In this document: one piece after another, positions 27,959 to 38,100 of the stretch | Layout of the letters: every line of letters starts with the position of its first letter | Position numbering within the stretch: the first letter of the stretch is position 1 | Assembly (NCBI GenBank): GCA_963771075.1 | Contig: CAVYSE010000003.1 | Span: 320,001-384,000, forward strand | Length of the DNA: 64,000 nucleotides | Direction: 5' to 3' | Source of the DNA: a candidate division FCPU426 bacterium | Lineage (GTDB): Bacteria; Oederibacteriota; Muellerivitia; Muellerivitales; Muellerivitaceae | Position numbers and translations under genes: made by a program | The notes under the pieces: generated by a model | What the model saw: only the letters and a program-made list of their open reading frames with translations | What the model was told of the DNA's origin: nothing | Database searches by the model: none

Positions 27959-28173
27959 ACGCCGACCTCAATTTGTTGAAGTCCAACAAAGTGTGGCAAA
28001 TCGGCGTCGCTACCCTCGTTTTCTTCCAGGCACAATTCCAAGACTTCCTTCAAATTCTTTTGAAGCTCATCAAGGGATTTTCCCTGGCTGTGGGCCCCTG
28101 ACATACCCGGCACTATTCCCACGTATTGTTTTGTTTCCTGGTCGAATTCCACATAAGCCGTAAATGTTTTCAT
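27955..28173 (-). CDS. hicB: Short HicB-family antitoxin (hicBA order)
   Basis: YVGIVPGMSGAHSQGKSLDELQKNLKEVLEL; 4-nt overlap with hicA. Confidence 0.9.
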   Translation of the reverse strand: MKTFTAYVEFDQETKQYVGIVPGMSGAHSQGKSLDELQKNLKEVLELCLEENEGSDADLPHFVGLQQIEVGV

Positions 28174-28231
28174 CTCGTCACCTCAAGAACAGGATACCAT
28201 CCCATCTGTTTTACATAAACCCATGTTGAAT

Positions 28232-28491
28232 CTCGACTTTGGCAAATCTTGAAAGACGCTCCGTGAACATCAATTTCCCCCTTCCCCCATGCCCCATTGG
28301 AAAGAATGACATGGGGCATGGGGAGGTCCCCATTTTCATTTTTTAATATTTAACGGTGAAATGGGGGTGAAAAAGGGGGGTAGGGGGTATTAGTCTTTGG
28401 CAAAGCGATAAGAAAAGGCTATCTCCCCCTTATTCCCCCTCTTTCAGAGGGGGAGACTTAGTGTGTCTAGACTGAATTTGCCAAAGTTGAG
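28232..28491. mobile_element. MITE-like element (~260 bp) with 16-bp terminal inverted repeats and internal C/G-run hairpins
   Basis: CTCGACTTTGGCAAAT versus ATTTGCCAAAGTTGAG (1 mismatch); shares GGGGGTATTAG and CCCCCTCTTTCAGAGGGGG with 18156-18420. Confidence 0.55.
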
Positions 28492-28515
28492 CTGGATAAT
28501 GGTTTTTCCTAATTT

Positions 28516-28809
28516 TCATTTAAACAAATCGTTCCATTTGCTTTCCATGTCGTTTTTGGGGCCCGCAGGACCGGATTTGCCCTTGCCCCGTTCCGAAAAC
28601 TGGAACTCGTCGCAGAAGTTACGTTTTTCCTTCTGCTTGACCGGCTCGCTGGTTCGGCTCAGGCATTGGTTATAGGACCCGGCGTCGTAGTGGCGGCAGT
28701 TAAGGCAACAGTGGAGATCGGCCCCGCAAGAGGTGCAAGTTTCATCCCTCCCCGGCTGGGTGCCCGGAAGGGCCTCATATTCGGCTTGGCATGAATGGCA
28801 GTTTTTCAT
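28516..28809 (-). CDS. Small Cys-rich (zinc-binding-like) hypothetical protein
   Basis: CxxC...CxxC..LHCCxxC...C...C; GGAGG RBS. Confidence 0.8.
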   Translation of the reverse strand: MKNCHSCQAEYEALPGTQPGRDETCTSCGADLHCCLNCRHYDAGSYNQCLSRTSEPVKQKEKRNFCDEFQFSERGKGKSGPAGPKNDMESKWNDLFK

Positions 28810-28832
28810 GGGCTACCTCCAAAAGACATTCA

Positions 28833-29005
28833 AACCGCGAAGACGCGAAGGAAATCATAAAATCCCAATTTTGTTGAACAAGATTCCAAATACGAAAATA
28901 AAATTCACGTAATAAAGCACCCCTCACCCTGTCCCTCTCCCTCAAGGGGCGAGGGTATTGGGTGCCCCAAGACTAAACTATGTTTTCCTTCGCGTCTTCG
29001 CGGTT
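28833..29005. repeat. Perfect 22-bp REP-like pair enclosing a CCCTCACCCTGTCCCTCTCCCTCAAGGGGCGAGGG hairpin
   Basis: AACCGCGAAGACGCGAAGGAAA and TTTCCTTCGCGTCTTCGCGGTT. Confidence 0.85.
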
Positions 29006-29020
29006 AAATCGAAATTAAGT

Positions 29021-30508
29021 TTACCTGCTGAGAACCTTCCCGATGGCCCATTTCCAGCCGGTCCAAAGCTTTTTTCGCTCTTCTTCCCTCATCTTTGGCG
29101 CGAATATCCTATCCACTTTACGTAGGCGTTGGATTTGCGAGGCGTTTTTCCAAAACCCCGTTTGTAACCCCGCCAGGAAGGCGGCTCCCAGCGCGGTGGT
29201 CTCTACCACCTGGGGTCGGTTGATCTTGATATTAAGGAGATCAGCCTGGAACTGCATGAGCAGGTTGTTCTTGCATGCCCCGCCATCCACCCGCAGTTCC
29301 CTCAACCTCACGTGGGAATCCTTGAGCATGGCCTCGACCAGATCCCGGCTTTGGAACGCCAGGGATTCCAGCGTGGCCCGGACTACATGCGCCCTGTTCG
29401 TTCCCCGGGTAATCCCAAGAAGGGCGCCCCTGGCTTTGGAATCCCAATAGGGGGCTCCCAGCCCCACAAAGGCCGGTACCAGGTAAACCCCTCCCGTATC
29501 CTTGACCGAAGCCGCGACTTTTTCCGACTCAGGTGAAGTTTTAATGAGTTGTAATCCGTCCCTGATCCACTGGATGGCGGCCCCACCGATGAAGACCGAG
29601 CCTTCCAGGGCATAGACCGGCAACCCCTTGGCGTCGCAGGCCAGGGTGGTTAAAAGCTTGTTCTTGGAGATCAATCTTTTCTTGCCAACGTTAAGGAGGA
29701 GAAAACAGCCGGTGCCATAGGTGTTCTTCAGGGTTCCAGGGTCGTGGCAGCCTTGGCCGAATAATGCGGCCTGCTGGTCCCCCGCAATGCCTGTGATGGG
29801 AACCCCCGCGCCCAGGTAACTTTTGCGGGAAGACTCCCCGAAATGGCTGGCGGAAGGCTGGGCCTGGGGGAGCAGGCTTTGGGGAACGTTCAGGATCTTC
29901 AGCAGGTCCTTGTCCCACTTCTTCGTGAAGATATTGAACAAAAGCGTGCGGGAGGCGTTGGAATAATCGGTGGCGTGGGATTTTCCCCCGGTTAGGTTCC
30001 AAAGAAGCCAAGTATCGATGGTGCCGAAAGCTAGGCGGCCCTGTTTGGCCTTTTGGAGGGCTCCCGGTACGTTCTTCAAGAGCCATTCCACCTTGGTGCC
30101 CGAGAAATAGGCGTCCAGGACCAGGCCCGTTTTGGAACGGAAAACTTTTTCCAATCCCCTCTTTTTAAGTTCCTCACAACGGGAGGCGGTGCGGCGGCAT
30201 TGCCAGACGATGGCGCGGTGGATGGGTTTGCCGGACTTGCGGTCCCAAACCACGGTGGTTTCCCGCTGGTTGGTGATGCCGATGGCGGCTATGTCTTTCG
30301 GTTTCACCCCGGCGCTTTTGAGCGCCTTCTTGCCCGTCGTTTCCACCGAATCCCAGATTTCCAGGGCGTCATGCTCCACCCAGCCGGGTTTGGGAAAATG
30401 CTGGGTGAATTCCTGGTAGGCGCTCCCCACCACCTTTCCCGTTTGGTCGAAAAGATAGGTGCGGCTCCCGGTGGTGCCTTGGTCGATGGCGAGGATCAAT
30501 TTGCCCAT
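29021..30508 (-). CDS. glpK: Glycerol kinase
   Basis: [43 protein letters not shown] and VDGG motifs. Confidence 0.97.
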   Translation of the reverse strand: MGKLILAIDQGTTGSRTYLFDQTGKVVGSAYQEFTQHFPKPGWVEHDALEIWDSVETTGKKALKSAGVKPKDIAAIGITNQRETTVVWDRKSGKPIHRAIVWQCRRTASRCEELKKRGLEKVFRSKTGLVLDAYFSGTKVEWLLKNVPGALQKAKQGRLAFGTIDTWLLWNLTGGKSHATDYSNASRTLLFNIFTKKWDKDLLKILNVPQSLLPQAQPSASHFGESSRKSYLGAGVPITGIAGDQQAALFGQGCHDPGTLKNTYGTGCFLLLNVGKKRLISKNKLLTTLACDAKGLPVYALEGSVFIGGAAIQWIRDGLQLIKTSPESEKVAASVKDTGGVYLVPAFVGLGAPYWDSKARGALLGITRGTNRAHVVRATLESLAFQSRDLVEAMLKDSHVRLRELRVDGGACKNNLLMQFQADLLNIKINRPQVVETTALGAAFLAGLQTGFWKNASQIQRLRKVDRIFAPKMREEERKKLWTGWKWAIGKVLSR

Positions 30509-31965
30509 GGGGGCCCCCATTGTTCTGCGCCGCGGGTATCCACGGCCTGGTTGGCGATGAGGATGAGGTCGTCCGCGTATTTTACCGGAAACCAGGGGAA
30601 CCCTTGGGACTGTAATTCCGGCAAATCCCCCTTGTGGGCCACGCAAAGAACCGGCGCTTTACCCTGAAAAAACGGCTTTAATTCGGCCGGGTTCTGGAAG
30701 ATGGGCTCGGCGGTATGGTCCGAAAAGAAAATCAACGCGTTATTGAGCGCCCAATAGTTTTCCCTCAGGGCCAGGACCTTGTCCCCCTGCTCGGCAAAAT
30801 GTTTCACATAAGGGGCGAGGACCCGCGGATCCTTTTCGCGGTTCGCGTCCATTTGGATCGGGAATATCGTGACCGCCAAAACCACTCCCAGGCAAAAACC
30901 GGTTGCCCCATTCAACAATCGAGCCCTCCCCAGTTGACCTTGGAACAGTTTTCCCAAACCGACCGACCCGGCCAGGGCCCAGGCAGGAAAAGCCGGCATC
31001 ATATAAAAGGGGAATTGGGTGCTCATGAGCGTGACCCCAATCGGAAGGGTCAGGCCCCACGCTAAAAGCAGTTGGCAGGTTTGCCGGTCCTTTAATTCCC
31101 CTCGAACGAGAAGAAAGAACCCGTAAAGGGAGAGGGGCAGCCAGGGCCAAAGATAAATGAACATGTCTTTCAACAAGGTCACCCGGCCCCAGGGAGTTTG
31201 GCCGCCCCCGATCTTGCCCAGGATGACGAACTTGAGGTGCTCATTCACGAATTCCTGGCCCCCCACCCTCCATTGGCTATAGACCCATGCCCCCGCCATG
31301 AGGACAAAAAGCGATATTCCCCCCAAAAAGCGGGGGTCCAATAGGGTCTTTTTGTCCTTGGAAATAATCACGGTCAATCCCGCCACCAGCGCCGGGTACA
31401 GGCCAAAGGCGCTTTTGGTCAATATCGCCAGCCCCACCCCCAGGCCCCAAAGCCAGTAATAGCCCCTTTGCCCCTTGAACGCTTTCAGGAAAGCGTAGAG
31501 GGACAGGGTGGTAAAAAAAGCCAGGGTTACATCCAGCATGCAATGCCGTGAATATTTGATGAAGAGGTAATTGGTCTCCAAAAACATTCCCGCGAAAAAA
31601 CCGCACCAAGGCCCGGAAACTTCCCGGCCCAAGCGGTAAACCAGGAGCACCGTCAGCAAACCCATTAGGGCCGAGGGAAACTTTGAGGCGAAAACACTGA
31701 TTCCGAAAATCTTGTCGGAGAGGGCGACCAGCCACATGAACAGCGGCGCGTTATGGAAAACGGGAAGGTGGTTATAGGTGAGGAACGACCAATGGCCCGA
31801 TTGGAGGATTTCCTTGCCTTCCTCGGCGTAAAAACAATCATCATAGGCCGCCATTCCGTTCTGGCCCAAACGGGTGAAGGATAGGCCCATCGCGAAGATG
31901 GCCAGGACCCAAACTTGGAAGTCTTCCTTGACCGCCGACTTGCGGGAGGTTTCCCCCTGGATCAC
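30496..31965 (-). CDS. GT-C (ArnT/PMT-like) integral membrane glycosyltransferase
   Basis: Multi-TM; DDCFY, PLFMW, MLD and LTK pattern; GTG at 31965 overlaps the GT2 stop. Confidence 0.82.
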   Translation of the reverse strand: MIQGETSRKSAVKEDFQVWVLAIFAMGLSFTRLGQNGMAAYDDCFYAEEGKEILQSGHWSFLTYNHLPVFHNAPLFMWLVALSDKIFGISVFASKFPSALMGLLTVLLVYRLGREVSGPWCGFFAGMFLETNYLFIKYSRHCMLDVTLAFFTTLSLYAFLKAFKGQRGYYWLWGLGVGLAILTKSAFGLYPALVAGLTVIISKDKKTLLDPRFLGGISLFVLMAGAWVYSQWRVGGQEFVNEHLKFVILGKIGGGQTPWGRVTLLKDMFIYLWPWLPLSLYGFFLLVRGELKDRQTCQLLLAWGLTLPIGVTLMSTQFPFYMMPAFPAWALAGSVGLGKLFQGQLGRARLLNGATGFCLGVVLAVTIFPIQMDANREKDPRVLAPYVKHFAEQGDKVLALRENYWALNNALIFFSDHTAEPIFQNPAELKPFFQGKAPVLCVAHKGDLPELQSQGFPWFPVKYADDLILIANQAVDTRGAEQWGPPWAN

Positions 31966-32708
31966 GGCTTCAAACCGGCGAAGGGTCCGGTGGGAAAACC
32001 CATTTTCGAAAGGCGGAATTGGAGGGCCGTCATGAGGCACCCCAACCCGTAAATACTGCTCCGCATGAAATTGATGGAGGAAGCCTCGGGAAAATATTTG
32101 GCGGGGCAGGTGACCTCGGCGATCTGGAAACCCAAATAATGGATCTGGGAGAGCATCTGGTTGTCGAAAATGAAATCGTCGGAGTTCACTTGGAGGGGCA
32201 GGGATTCCAGCACCTTTCGGGTAAAGCCCCGGTAGCCCGTGTGGTACTCGGAAAGCTTTGCGCCCATGAGCATGTTTTGGGACAGGGTGAGGAAACGGTT
32301 GCTGATATATTTGTAAACCGGCATGCCGCCTTGCAGGGCCTGGCCGCCCAGGATGCGGGAAGCCAAGACCACGTCGTAAAGCCCGGAGGCTAGGAGGTGC
32401 GCCATGGGGGCGATGAGCTTGGGGGTGTATTGGTAATCCGGATGGAGCATGATGACGATTTCCGCGCCCCGCCTCAATGCCGCCTCATAACAGGTTTTCT
32501 GGTTTCCCCCGTAGCCCCGGTTGGCGGGATGAACCAGGGTCTTGATCTTTAGTTTCTTGGCCAATTGGGCGGTCTCATCCCGGCTGGCGTCATCCACGAG
32601 GATCACCTCATCCACGATGTCCTTCGGCACCTCGTCATAGGTCTGTTTGAGGGTCTTGGCGGCGTTATAGGCCGGCATGACCACGATGACTTTTTTCTTG
32701 TGGATCAC
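31962..32708 (-). CDS. GT2 polyprenol-phosphate glycosyltransferase-like protein
   Basis: VMPAYNA, VDDASRD, NRGYGG, MLHPDYQY and HTGYR motifs. Confidence 0.92.
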   Translation of the reverse strand: MIHKKKVIVVMPAYNAAKTLKQTYDEVPKDIVDEVILVDDASRDETAQLAKKLKIKTLVHPANRGYGGNQKTCYEAALRRGAEIVIMLHPDYQYTPKLIAPMAHLLASGLYDVVLASRILGGQALQGGMPVYKYISNRFLTLSQNMLMGAKLSEYHTGYRGFTRKVLESLPLQVNSDDFIFDNQMLSQIHYLGFQIAEVTCPAKYFPEASSINFMRSSIYGLGCLMTALQFRLSKMGFPTGPFAGLKP

Positions 32709-33328
32709 GTTGTTTCCTTTTCTTCCATGAGCCTGGCTATTTCCAGCGAGTCCCCCACCTTACGGTCTTTCAGCTCCCGGATCACCCTTTCCCGGCGCTC
32801 CTGGGGATGGTTTTGGCTTAACTTCCATTTCCCTTCCCATCGGTTGACTTCAATTTTAAATCCCATTACCCCTTGGGCTATTTTTTCCAGGAACTCGGGT
32901 GATTGAGACCCCATTTTCCACGGCTTCGCCGAGGGCGCCTCAAAATAATCCGTCATTTCCAACAATAAATTCTTCGTTTCCGCGCCCCCCATCGGGCGGA
33001 AAATCCCATAGGCGTGAACCGCCACATAGTTCCAGGTTGGAACGACATTCTCGGCTTCATACCAAGCGGGTGAGATATAGGCGTGGGGGCCCTGGAACAC
33101 CCCCAAAACTTCCTTCCCACCCAACTCTTCCCATTGGGAATTCGCCCTGGCCATATGGCTGATCAGCTCTCCCTGGGGCCCATGCTTTTCTTTTAAGAGA
33201 AACGGAAGATGGGTCGCGTGAAGATTTTCACCCGATCGGGAGATCAGCAGGCCGAATGGATATTGCCGGACAAAAGCCTGGATTTTGGAAGGGTCCTTTT
33301 CCTCAAAGGCGCCTGGGGTATACATCAA
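32705..33328 (-). CDS. FMN-binding PaiB-family protein
   Basis: MYTP..F, ATHLP, HMARAN, GPHAYISP.WY, VPTWNY and KLSQN motifs. Confidence 0.92.
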   Translation of the reverse strand: MMYTPGAFEEKDPSKIQAFVRQYPFGLLISRSGENLHATHLPFLLKEKHGPQGELISHMARANSQWEELGGKEVLGVFQGPHAYISPAWYEAENVVPTWNYVAVHAYGIFRPMGGAETKNLLLEMTDYFEAPSAKPWKMGSQSPEFLEKIAQGVMGFKIEVNRWEGKWKLSQNHPQERRERVIRELKDRKVGDSLEIARLMEEKETT

Positions 33329-33338
33329 AGAACCTCTT

Positions 33339-34130
33339 TTAACGGATGGCTTTTAAAATTTGACGGTGGGTCAAACCGTTACTGGAGAGCGCGTTCCCCC
33401 CACCCAGGGTCTTTCGACCATTCAGGTCGGTAAAAAGCCCTCCGGCTTCTTCCACACAAATTTTAATGGCGGCCACGTCATAGGGTTTCACCACCGGGTC
33501 CAGCATGGCTTCGACCTGTCCCTGGATCACCAGGGTATGGCCAAAGCAGTCGCCGAAACCCCGGTCGTCGTAGCAACGGGCGATCAGATCGGTCAATTTT
33601 ATTCGGTAGGAAGGGGGAATGAGCCTCATGCCTCCCGTGGTCATGGTTCCCTTTTCCAGTTTGGGAATCTTGGATACCCTCACCCTGCGTCCGTTGGAAT
33701 AACAGCCCCCTCCCTTGGCGGCCCAAAGGGTGAGCCCCAGGGCGGGATGATGGATGACCCCCGCCACCACTTCGCCTTTATATTCCAGCGCTACCAGGGT
33801 CCCCCAGAAGGGGATGCCCCGGATGAACTGCCGGGTGCCATCCACGGGATCGATCCACCAGCGGAAATCGTTTGATTCATTGGGATCCCAACCATATTCT
33901 TCCCCGCATAGCTGATGGGAGGGAAAGGCCTTGGACAGGACGCCGCGGATGATCTTTTCCGCCTCCCGGTCGGCGCGGGTAACCGGCGAACGGTCGATCT
34001 TCTTGATCACCGGAACCTTGGTATTGAAATATTTCAGGGCCCGGCGCCCGCCGGCCTGGGCCGCCACACGGGCCAGGGCCAGGAAACGCTTCAGTTGTTG
34101 GGTTGAGAGTGCTTGGGACATGGAAGGCAT
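33339..34130 (-). CDS. Inositol monophosphatase-family protein, probably histidinol-phosphatase (HisN type)
   Basis: SPVTRAD, GEE, WIDPVDGTRQF and PYDVAA..EEAGG motifs; start uncertain (34130 or 34121). Confidence 0.85.
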   Translation of the reverse strand: MPSMSQALSTQQLKRFLALARVAAQAGGRRALKYFNTKVPVIKKIDRSPVTRADREAEKIIRGVLSKAFPSHQLCGEEYGWDPNESNDFRWWIDPVDGTRQFIRGIPFWGTLVALEYKGEVVAGVIHHPALGLTLWAAKGGGCYSNGRRVRVSKIPKLEKGTMTTGGMRLIPPSYRIKLTDLIARCYDDRGFGDCFGHTLVIQGQVEAMLDPVVKPYDVAAIKICVEEAGGLFTDLNGRKTLGGGNALSSNGLTHRQILKAIR

Positions 34131-34195
34131 TTTAACCATGACCGACAAGCGACGGAAAAGAAAAGTCAAAAGATTGAAACACAGAGAAAACCAAC

Positions 34196-34400
34196 GTCCA
34201 ACGCATGCCGACCTTCCATGAAACCCTTTTATGAGGTCGGTATAGTCCTGGTTTCATTTGCTCCCAGGGAGCAAATGAGGACAAAGCCGCAAAGACGCCA
34301 AGTACACCCTTTTTGAAGTAAAGTCCGAATCAAGCAAAACCGAAAGAATTAAGGAGCTATTAAAAAAATCTTAGTCTTCCTTTGCGGCTTTGCGTTGGAC
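34196..34400. repeat. REP-like pair whose left arm is split by a 78-nt two-hairpin insert (34206-34283)
   Basis: Removing the insert gives GTCCAACGCAAAGCCGCAAAG, the exact reverse complement of 34380-34400. Confidence 0.88.
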
Positions 34401-34420
34401 CTAGGTGTTAAGTTTTGCTT

Positions 34421-34897
34421 TTATGTCAGCGCGAAAATTTCGTTTTGGGCGGCCGGGTATTGCCGCAAAAGCTCTTCCCTTTTGGCGAACTCAAGGTCCG
34501 AAAAGTCGAACCCCGGGGCCACGGTCGTGCCCATGAGGCAATACCGGCCCTGCGGCCTTAAACTTCCCGCGAACCAGGTTCCCGCGGGGACCACCATCTG
34601 CAATACCTCGCCCTTTTCAAGGTTTTTCCCCAAGACCATCTTTTTCATCCTACCTTCCGGTGTGAGCCAAACCCATTCGCAGGGATCACCCAGGTAGTAA
34701 TGGAACATTTCATCCGAGACCAAACGGTGGAATTTGGAAACCGCGCCCGGCATGAGCATGTAATAGATGGCCGTGGAACAGGCTTTCGGCGGGTTCATCC
34801 CGGGAATGGACCAGGGGGACCGGTACGTTTCCCGGTAGTAGCCGCCCTCGGGATGGGGTTTCAGCTCCAGCTTTTTAATCAACTCATCTGCGGTCAT
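34421..34897 (-). CDS. Cupin (DUF985/Cupin_5) family protein
   Basis: PHPEGGYYRETYRS, STAIYY, FHRL.SDE and TVAPGFDF motifs. Confidence 0.93.
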   Translation of the reverse strand: MTADELIKKLELKPHPEGGYYRETYRSPWSIPGMNPPKACSTAIYYMLMPGAVSKFHRLVSDEMFHYYLGDPCEWVWLTPEGRMKKMVLGKNLEKGEVLQMVVPAGTWFAGSLRPQGRYCLMGTTVAPGFDFSDLEFAKREELLRQYPAAQNEIFALT

Positions 34898-34921
34898 TTT
34901 TACCCCAAGACAAAACAAATT

Positions 34922-35085
34922 TTTACCACAGAGACACAGAGTCACAGAGAAAGGTAAGTATCCCCTTACAACAAGTAAAAGCAAAAAAACGAAAAATTTA
35001 CCACAGGGACACAGAGGCACAGAGAAAACAGATCAAGTTTGGGGCTTTTTGCTTACCTCCGTGTCTCTGTGACTCTGTGATGAAA
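34922..35085. repeat. Three arms of the ACCACAGAGACACAGAG repeat family (two direct, one inverted)
   Basis: TTACCACAGAGACACAGAGTCACAGAG, TTACCACAGGGACACAGAGGCACAGAG, CTCCGTGTCTCTGTGACTCTGTGAT. Confidence 0.85.
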
Positions 35086-35095
35086 AGCCTTTTGT

Positions 35096-36193
35096 TTATA
35101 CCCCGAAAGAAACGCCTATTTTTTTCGCGGCCATGACCAGTTCGTCCTTGGGGGGAACGGGACGGCTCTTTCCCCCCACGATGGAGAGGGGCACAGAAGC
35201 CATTTCGCCCTTCTGGAGGGCCACCATGCGGCCGAACTCGCCTTTCAGCACCATTTCCATGGCCTTCACCCCGAAACGGGTGGCCAAAACCCGGTCGAAG
35301 GAGGTGGGGCTTCCACCCCGGACGATATGGCCCAGGTTCACGGAACGGGTTTCGATGCCGGTTAATTTTTCCACGTTCTCGGAAAGCTGTTTGCCCACGC
35401 CCCCCAGGCGGATTTTCTCGGGCGAATTTTCCACCACCCGGTCCACCACGATGCGCCCCTTGCGGGGATGGGCGCCTTCGGCCACCACGATGATGCTGCT
35501 CTTTTTTCCCATTTCGTGGCGCTGGAGGACGGCTTCGGCTACTTTCTTGTCCTCATAGGGGAACTCGGGAACCAAGATGACATCCGCGCCCCCGGCAAGG
35601 CCGGCGCGCAGGGCCAGCCAGCCCGCGTAACGGCCCATGACCTCCACGACCATGACCCGGTGGTGGGAATCGGCGGTGGTATGGAGACGGTCGATAGCCT
35701 CGGCCGCAGTGGCAACGGCCGTGTCGTGCCCGAAAGTCTGCTCGGTGCCCACCAGGTCGTTGTCGATGGTCTTGGGCACCCCCACAATTTTCACGCCTTT
35801 TTTTGAGAAAAGCTGGGAGATGGTCATGGTGCCGTCGCCCCCCAAAACCACCAGGGCGTCTAGGCCCCATTCCTTGAAATTTTGCAGGGCCTTGCCGCTC
35901 TGGTCCTCCACATGGGTCATTCCCGCCTTGTCCTTCACGTACATGCCGAAGGGATTGTCCTTGTTGGAGGAACCCAGAATGGTTCCCCCCAACACCAGGA
36001 TGCCGGACACGCAGGAAGAGGTTAGGGGCTGGACGGTGCCCGCCACCGTGCCCAGGAAACCGTCATGGATGCCGAGGACCTCGATGCCTTCCCGAAGAGC
36101 GGACTTGACCACGGCCCGGATGACAGCGTTCAAGCCGGGGCAATCGCCCCCCGCCGTGATGATGCCGATTCGTTTGACGGATGATCGGGCCAT
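35096..36193 (-). CDS. pfkA: 6-phosphofructokinase (PfkA family)
   Basis: GGDCPGLN, GGTILG, GGDGT, PKTIDND, EVMGR and RGGSP motifs. Confidence 0.95.
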   Translation of the reverse strand: MARSSVKRIGIITAGGDCPGLNAVIRAVVKSALREGIEVLGIHDGFLGTVAGTVQPLTSSCVSGILVLGGTILGSSNKDNPFGMYVKDKAGMTHVEDQSGKALQNFKEWGLDALVVLGGDGTMTISQLFSKKGVKIVGVPKTIDNDLVGTEQTFGHDTAVATAAEAIDRLHTTADSHHRVMVVEVMGRYAGWLALRAGLAGGADVILVPEFPYEDKKVAEAVLQRHEMGKKSSIIVVAEGAHPRKGRIVVDRVVENSPEKIRLGGVGKQLSENVEKLTGIETRSVNLGHIVRGGSPTSFDRVLATRFGVKAMEMVLKGEFGRMVALQKGEMASVPLSIVGGKSRPVPPKDELVMAAKKIGVSFGV

Positions 36194-36198
36194 GGGCT

Positions 36199-36702
36199 TT
36201 ATTGGACCCCGAGCAACTCGACGTCGAAGATCAAGGTCGCGCCGGGGGGGATCACCCCGCCCGCGCCGCGATCGCCGTAGCCCAGGTCGGAGGGAATCGT
36301 CAATTTGCGTTTCTCGCCTACCTTCATGCCGGCCACGCCCTCATCCCAGCCCTTGATGACCTGTCCCTCGCCCAGGGTAAAATCAAAGGGCTGTCCCCGA
36401 TCCAAGGAGCTGTCGAACTTAGTGCCGTTGGTCAGCCATCCGGTGTAATGCACGGTGACATGTTGGCCGGCCTTCGCCACATCCCCCGTTCCTTCCTTCA
36501 AAACCTCGTATTTCAAGCCGGATGCAGTTGTTTTCACCTTGGATACCCCCTTTGCTTTTTTATGGACCACGGTGGCGACAGGCGTCACCGACTGTACCAC
36601 CGTCGGGGTCTGCGCCACTGGCGTCGAATCTTGAGCCTTGGACAAGCCAGCCGCTCCCAGCACAACCGTCAAAACCATGATGCCCTTGAAACTTGAACGC
36701 AT
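36199..36702 (-). CDS. Exported FKBP-type peptidyl-prolyl isomerase
   Basis: Signal peptide; [20 protein letters not shown] and [14 protein letters not shown]. Confidence 0.95.
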   Translation of the reverse strand: MRSSFKGIMVLTVVLGAAGLSKAQDSTPVAQTPTVVQSVTPVATVVHKKAKGVSKVKTTASGLKYEVLKEGTGDVAKAGQHVTVHYTGWLTNGTKFDSSLDRGQPFDFTLGEGQVIKGWDEGVAGMKVGEKRKLTIPSDLGYGDRGAGGVIPPGATLIFDVELLGVQ

Positions 36703-36762
36703 TGCCAAACCTCCCAGGTTAATGTTCAACGAGCCGGCAAAAGGGTCAAAGGACCCCCAGGG

Positions 36763-37245
36763 TCACTGGACCCCCAATAACTCCACATCAAACACCAAGG
36801 TAGCGTTGGGCGGGATCGTGGGGGGCGCTCCGTTGGGCCCATAACCCAGGTCCGAAGGGATGATCAATTTCCGTTTCTCCCCGATTTTCATCCCGGCGAC
36901 ACCCTCATCCCATCCATGGATCACCCGCCCCATCCCCAGGGGGAACTGAAAGGGCTGGCCCCGGTCCACCGAGCTGTCGAATTTGGTCCCATCCAGCAGC
37001 CACCCGGTGTAATTCACGCTGACCATCTTTCCCGGTTGGGCGGCATTGCCGGTCCCTTCCTTTATCACCTGGTATTGAAGCCCGGACGCGGTGGTAACGG
37101 CCTTCGACTGGGAGGTTTCCCCCGGCAGAGGCCCGTTCTTGGCGCAACCCGCCCCGAAATAGACGACACCCGCGAACAAAACCAAGAGTCCCATCCCCCA
37201 ACGGAATCTTTTTCGAATATGGCGCTTTTCAGACCCAAACCGCAT
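36763..37245 (-). CDS. FKBP-type peptidyl-prolyl isomerase, possible lipoprotein
   Basis: Hydrophobic leader ending FGAGC; NYTGWL..KFDSS, GWDEG and IPPNATLVFDVELL. Confidence 0.93.
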   Translation of the reverse strand: MRFGSEKRHIRKRFRWGMGLLVLFAGVVYFGAGCAKNGPLPGETSQSKAVTTASGLQYQVIKEGTGNAAQPGKMVSVNYTGWLLDGTKFDSSVDRGQPFQFPLGMGRVIHGWDEGVAGMKIGEKRKLIIPSDLGYGPNGAPPTIPPNATLVFDVELLGVQ

Positions 37246-37324
37246 GGTCATTCCTCCTGAATTTTTCAATCGATGAAACGGAAAAAGTATAGCCGATCAG
37301 AAGTCCCTTGCCGGAAAACTTTTT

Positions 37325-37798
37325 ATGACGATATTTTGGTTTGTTTTTTTCCTCCTAACAATTGGTGCGCCAAGGGTTGCCGGGCCCCAATCGATTTCCG
37401 GGCGGGCTCTCTTGGCGGTTGGTATCGCGGGGATTTTATTTGTATTCACTTCCAGCATCGCCTCCCAGTGGGGACTCGGCCCACTTATGGATGTTTTCAT
37501 GCTTTGATTTTTTTCTTCTTGGCTTTACCACAGGATTATTTTACGCCCTGGAGAATCATACAGGCTTTGGGTTGCTCCTTGCCGAGAGTTTTATGGGTCT
37601 ATTCGCGGGATACTTCACTGGACACTTCGCGGGACTTTGGCACAATCCCTCGGCTGGGTCTCGAACCTGATGAATGGCCTGGCAGGCCTCGGGGTTTTCG
37701 GAATGCTGATCGTGCATATTGTTTTTTGTTTGGCGGAACCTATCCAAAATAAAAACCCGTATCAAACTCCTGAAAGGGCTTCAAGCCCAGCCAAGTGA
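37325..37798 (+). CDS. Probable small multi-TM membrane protein broken by frameshifts
   Basis: Hydrophobic segments continue across frame changes (MTIFWFVFF..., ..LLGFTTGLFYALE.., ..LMNGLAGLGVFGMLIVH..). Confidence 0.35.
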
Positions 37799-37863
37799 AC
37801 CGCCTTGTCAAGCCTCCGAATGCTAATATAATGCCCTTCTTATTATTCATCGCGGAGACCACC

Positions 37864-38073
37864 ATGGCCATTGAGGGGTATGTTGACTACAAGCGCAGGG
37901 AATACTGCAACGACGTGAAATGCCCCGTCCAAATGGAAATGAACACGAAAAAAGAGGGGTCGGAAGAATACGAAAAGTTGAGAAAAAAATGCCAGACAGC
38001 CTGCCTACACACCACCTGGGAGTTCCATCAGTGGCTCAATAAACAGGGCTTTGAAATCGTAAAGCGGAAGTAA
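37864..38073 (+). CDS. Small Cys/His-rich protein preceding lsrF
   Basis: 69 aa from ATG 37864 after GGAG; YCNDVKCP...CQTACLHT..EFH.WL. Confidence 0.8.
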   Translation: MAIEGYVDYKRREYCNDVKCPVQMEMNTKKEGSEEYEKLRKKCQTACLHTTWEFHQWLNKQGFEIVKRK

Positions 38074-38100
38074 CTTCAAACTATTTTTAGGAGGCTCTTA

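Noticed and set aside
23900..28200. Classical integron cassette array
   Set aside because: The spacer motif lacks attC core sites and no IntI is present. The only tyrosine recombinase is 35 kb away and tied to a tRNA att site. Kept only as a non-integron hypothesis.
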